From positions 41,897 through 105,896 of the forward strand of contig JBGAQA010000005.1 in NCBI GenBank assembly GCA_044220955.1: a stretch of DNA of 64,000 nt, read 5' to 3'. Below are positions 61,263 to 64,000 of the stretch, in pieces. The position numbers and the translations under genes are program-made. Position 1 is the stretch's first letter. Each line of letters begins with the position of its first letter. Under the pieces are notes generated by a model that saw only the letters and a list, made by a program, of their open reading frames with translations, ran no database searches and had not been told where the DNA came from. This DNA comes from Sandaracinaceae bacterium. GTDB taxonomy: Bacteria > Myxococcota_A > Polyangia > Polyangiales > Sandaracinaceae.

Positions 61263-61496
61263 TCACATCGTGTGGAAGAAGCGAGCAGTCTGTGCCGCCA
61301 GGTCGACCTCGATGATCCAGTGCGACGGGTCGATCACCTCGCCGGGCGCCGTCGGAATGCGGAACCAGAAGCTCCAAGAGTCCCCGCGCCCGTTGCCTCG
61401 ATCGCAGTGTGGCTCCGTGCCGGTCTGGCCCCGCAGGAACGCAATCGCGATCGTGCGCGCGCGCTCTTCCGCCTCGCGCTCGCGCCGCCGAGCCAT
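61263..61496 (-). CDS. Small hypothetical protein downstream of rel
   Basis: ATG 3 bp after the rel stop; helix plus beta-strand pattern. Confidence 0.5.
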   Translation of the reverse strand: MARRREREAEERARTIAIAFLRGQTGTEPHCDRGNGRGDSWSFWFRIPTAPGEVIDPSHWIIEVDLAAQTARFFHTM

Positions 61497-61499
61497 ACG

Positions 61500-63641
61500 T
61501 CAGCTGCGCTCGACCGAGTACACGCCGTCGACGCCCTGGATCTTGCGCATCAGGTTCTGGAGCTTCGCCGCGTCGTCGACCTGGAAATGGAAGAGGTTGA
61601 TGGCCGTCCCGTCCGCGCCGACGCGGCAGTTCGCCTCCTGGATGTTCACGCCGCTCTCCGTGAACGCAGCGGTCATGTTCGAGAGGAGCCCGGGCTTGTC
61701 GGTCGTGATGACGCGCAGCACCACCGGGCGCGCCACCTTCACGCGGTCGCTCCAGCTCACGTCGATGCGGCGCTCGGGGTCGAGCTCCATCGCCTTGCTG
61801 CACCCGCGCCGGTGCACGGTGATGCCGCGTCCGCGCGTGATCCAGCCGGTGATGGCGTCCCCCGGGAGCGGCGAGCAGCACTGCGCGAAGCGCACCACGA
61901 GGTCGTCGGTGTCGTCGATGCGGATGCCGCCGCTGGAGCTCCCGCCCGTGACGCGGCGCACCGTCTTCTCGAAGAGGCTCGGCGTGACCGCGCCCGCGGA
62001 CGCCTCGTCGCGCACCGCGAACTCGTAGACCTCCTCCGCCTCGATCTTGCCGAAGCCGACCGCGCCGAAGAGCTCGTCGGCCGTCTGCATCTTCCAGTTC
62101 ACCGCGGCCTTGTCGGCCTCGCCGGTCTTCATGAAGCGCGCGAAGCTCATGTCGCGCTTGTGGAACGCGCGCTCGACGAGGTCGCGCCCGAGCTTGGTCG
62201 AGCGTCGCCGCTCCTCGTTGCGCACGAACGCGCGGATCTTGCCGCGCGCGCGCGCCGTCGCCGTGAACTCGAGCCAGTCCTTGCTCGGGTGCTGCGTCGT
62301 CGAGGTGAGGATCTCGACCGTGTCGCCGCTCCGCATCTGATAGCGCAGCGGCACGATCGCGCCGTTCACGCGGGCGCCCGAGCAGTGGTCGCCGACCTCG
62401 CTGTGGATCGTGTACGCGAAGTCGATCGGCGTCGCGCCGCGCGGGAAGACCTTGAGCTCGCCCTTCGGCGTGAAGATGAAGACCTCCTCGCTGAAGAGAT
62501 CGACCTTCACCGAGTCGAGGAACTCCGCCGGGTCCGAGACCTCCTGGAACTCCATCAGCTGCTTGAGCCAGCCGAAGCGCGCCGCGTCCTTGCTGTCGAG
62601 GCCGCCCGACTTCTCCTTGTACTTCCAGTGCGCCGCGATGCCGTGCTCGGCGGTCGAGTGCATCTCGTGCGTGCGGATCTGCACCTCGATGCGGCGCTGC
62701 CCCGGCCCGATGCACGTCGTGTGCAGCGACTGGTACATGTTCGGCTTCGGCAGCGCGATGTAGTCCTTGAAGCGCCCCGGGATCGGCGTCCACTGCGAGT
62801 GGATGACGCCGAGCGCCGCGTAGCAGTCGGCGACGTTCTCCATCAGCACGCGGAACGCGAGCACGTCGTGGACCTGCTCGAACTCCACGTTGTTGTGCAC
62901 CATCTTCCGGTAGATGGAGTAGAGGTGCTTGGCGCGCCCGCTGACGTCGACGGCGAAGCCGCGCTCGACCAGCATCTTGCTGATGCGCTTCACCACGTCG
63001 TTGATGTAGCGGTCGCGATCGCGCTGGACCTTCTTCGTCTTCTCGACGAGGTCCGCGTGCTGCTCCGGGTAGAGGTAGCTGAACGCGAGATCCTCGAGCT
63101 CGCTCTTGAGCCAGTTGATGCCGAGGCGACCGGCGAGGGGCGCGTAGATGTCGAGCGTCTCCTGCGAGATCCGCTGCTGCGCCTCCGGCTTCATGTGCTC
63201 CATGGTGCGCATGTTGTCGAGACGGTCGGCGAGCTTGACGACGAGCACGCGGATGTCGCGCGCCATCGCGATCAGCATCTTGCGGAAGCTCTCCGCCTGC
63301 TGGTCTTCCTTGCTCGTGAAGTTGATCTTGCCGAGCTTGGTGACGCCGTCGACGAGGAACGCGATCTCCTCGCCGAAGCGCTCCTGCATCTCGGCGTCGG
63401 TGACGCCGGTGTCCTCGACCACGTCGTGGAGCAGCGCCGCGCACACGCTCGCGACGTCGAGCTTCATCTCCGCGATGATCCCGGCGACCGAGACCGGGTG
63501 GATGATGTAGGGGTCGCCCGACTTGCGGAGCTGGCCCTCGTGCTTGTCCGCCGCGAACACGTACGCGCGGTGGATGAGGTCGAGATCCGCCGTCGGCTGG
63601 TAGCCGCGCACCGCATCGACGATGTCGGTCAAGCGAACCAT
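61500..63641 (-). CDS. rel: Bifunctional (p)ppGpp synthetase/hydrolase Rel
   Basis: HEGQLRKSGDPYI.HP, LHDVVED, RAKHLYSIYRKM, RFKDYI, YQSLHT, EVQIRT, TGS (TPIDFAY), CC and ACT domains. Confidence 0.97.
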   Translation of the reverse strand: MVRLTDIVDAVRGYQPTADLDLIHRAYVFAADKHEGQLRKSGDPYIIHPVSVAGIIAEMKLDVASVCAALLHDVVEDTGVTDAEMQERFGEEIAFLVDGVTKLGKINFTSKEDQQAESFRKMLIAMARDIRVLVVKLADRLDNMRTMEHMKPEAQQRISQETLDIYAPLAGRLGINWLKSELEDLAFSYLYPEQHADLVEKTKKVQRDRDRYINDVVKRISKMLVERGFAVDVSGRAKHLYSIYRKMVHNNVEFEQVHDVLAFRVLMENVADCYAALGVIHSQWTPIPGRFKDYIALPKPNMYQSLHTTCIGPGQRRIEVQIRTHEMHSTAEHGIAAHWKYKEKSGGLDSKDAARFGWLKQLMEFQEVSDPAEFLDSVKVDLFSEEVFIFTPKGELKVFPRGATPIDFAYTIHSEVGDHCSGARVNGAIVPLRYQMRSGDTVEILTSTTQHPSKDWLEFTATARARGKIRAFVRNEERRRSTKLGRDLVERAFHKRDMSFARFMKTGEADKAAVNWKMQTADELFGAVGFGKIEAEEVYEFAVRDEASAGAVTPSLFEKTVRRVTGGSSSGGIRIDDTDDLVVRFAQCCSPLPGDAITGWITRGRGITVHRRGCSKAMELDPERRIDVSWSDRVKVARPVVLRVITTDKPGLLSNMTAAFTESGVNIQEANCRVGADGTAINLFHFQVDDAAKLQNLMRKIQGVDGVYSVERS

Positions 63642-63725
63642 CGGTACAGCCCCGGATGCGACACGACCCACGAACCAAACGTGCGGCTCGGGTGGCCCGA
63701 AGACCAGCCAGCCGAAAGGACAGAA

Positions 63726-63755
63726 AGCCTACCGCCTCCGTCTCCGGCCGGGCAA
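63726..63755 (-). promoter_or_regulatory. Putative sigma70 promoter of rel
   Basis: TTGCCC (63755-63750), 18-bp spacer, TAGGCT (63731-63726). Confidence 0.55.
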
Positions 63756-63783
63756 GGGAACGGCCAGTGTTACGCTGAACCCG

Positions 63784-64000
63784 ATGCGTCGTGGGCTGCT
63801 CATGGCTGCGATCGTGGTGACCGGCTGCGGTCCGGGCGCGAATCCGTGGGCACCGTGCGATGGGCCCCCACCTGCCGCCGCTGGACCGGCTTGTACCCGC
63901 CCGCTGAGCGATCCATGCACCGATCCCAACCCCCCGCTGGGCTACAGCTGCGCCTGGTGCACGCCGTCCGGCGAATGGGAGACGCGCATCTGGGACTGCT
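63784..64000 (+). CDS. Cys-rich lipoprotein, N-terminal part (runs off window)
   Basis: MRRGLLMAAIVVTGC lipobox; open to the window end. Confidence 0.6.
   Translation, partial: MRRGLLMAAIVVTGCGPGANPWAPCDGPPPAAAGPACTRPLSDPCTDPNPPLGYSCAWCTPSGEWETRIWDC

Overview
Very GC-rich (roughly 70-75% by eye), densely coding bacterial chromosome segment. The many Cys-rich lipoproteins with DAG/DTG linkers, the TPR-PEGA/Ser-Thr kinase operon and the MbnPH pair suggest a myxobacterium (Polyangia/Sandaracinaceae-like; this is inference). About 65 CDSs can be supported. They include housekeeping genes (fbp, gluQ, udk, xth, rlmL-like, 2-oxoacid dehydrogenase E1 alpha/beta, long rel), an mbnP-mbnH pair, a divergent glpA/glpB-like pair, a secreted caspase-like protein, a C45 peptidase-TPR fusion and a ParE-type toxin-antitoxin pair. 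The strongest signals outside the ORF track are three. (1) A 200-nt 6S RNA-like gene on the minus strand (16387-16586) with its own sigma70 promoter, outside the usual ssrS context. (2) A window-wide pattern of a TAnnnT -10 hexamer 6-9 nt before about 19 start codons that lack a usable Shine-Dalgarno, implying pervasive leaderless mRNAs. (3) Three exact 12-bp direct repeats in front of an AAA+/DUF4143 gene. A DHH-like protein with its motifs out of order is also notable. No tRNA, rRNA, CRISPR array or transposase was seen. All calls come from reading motifs by eye; no searches were run, and many start codons were re-chosen relative to the ORF track.
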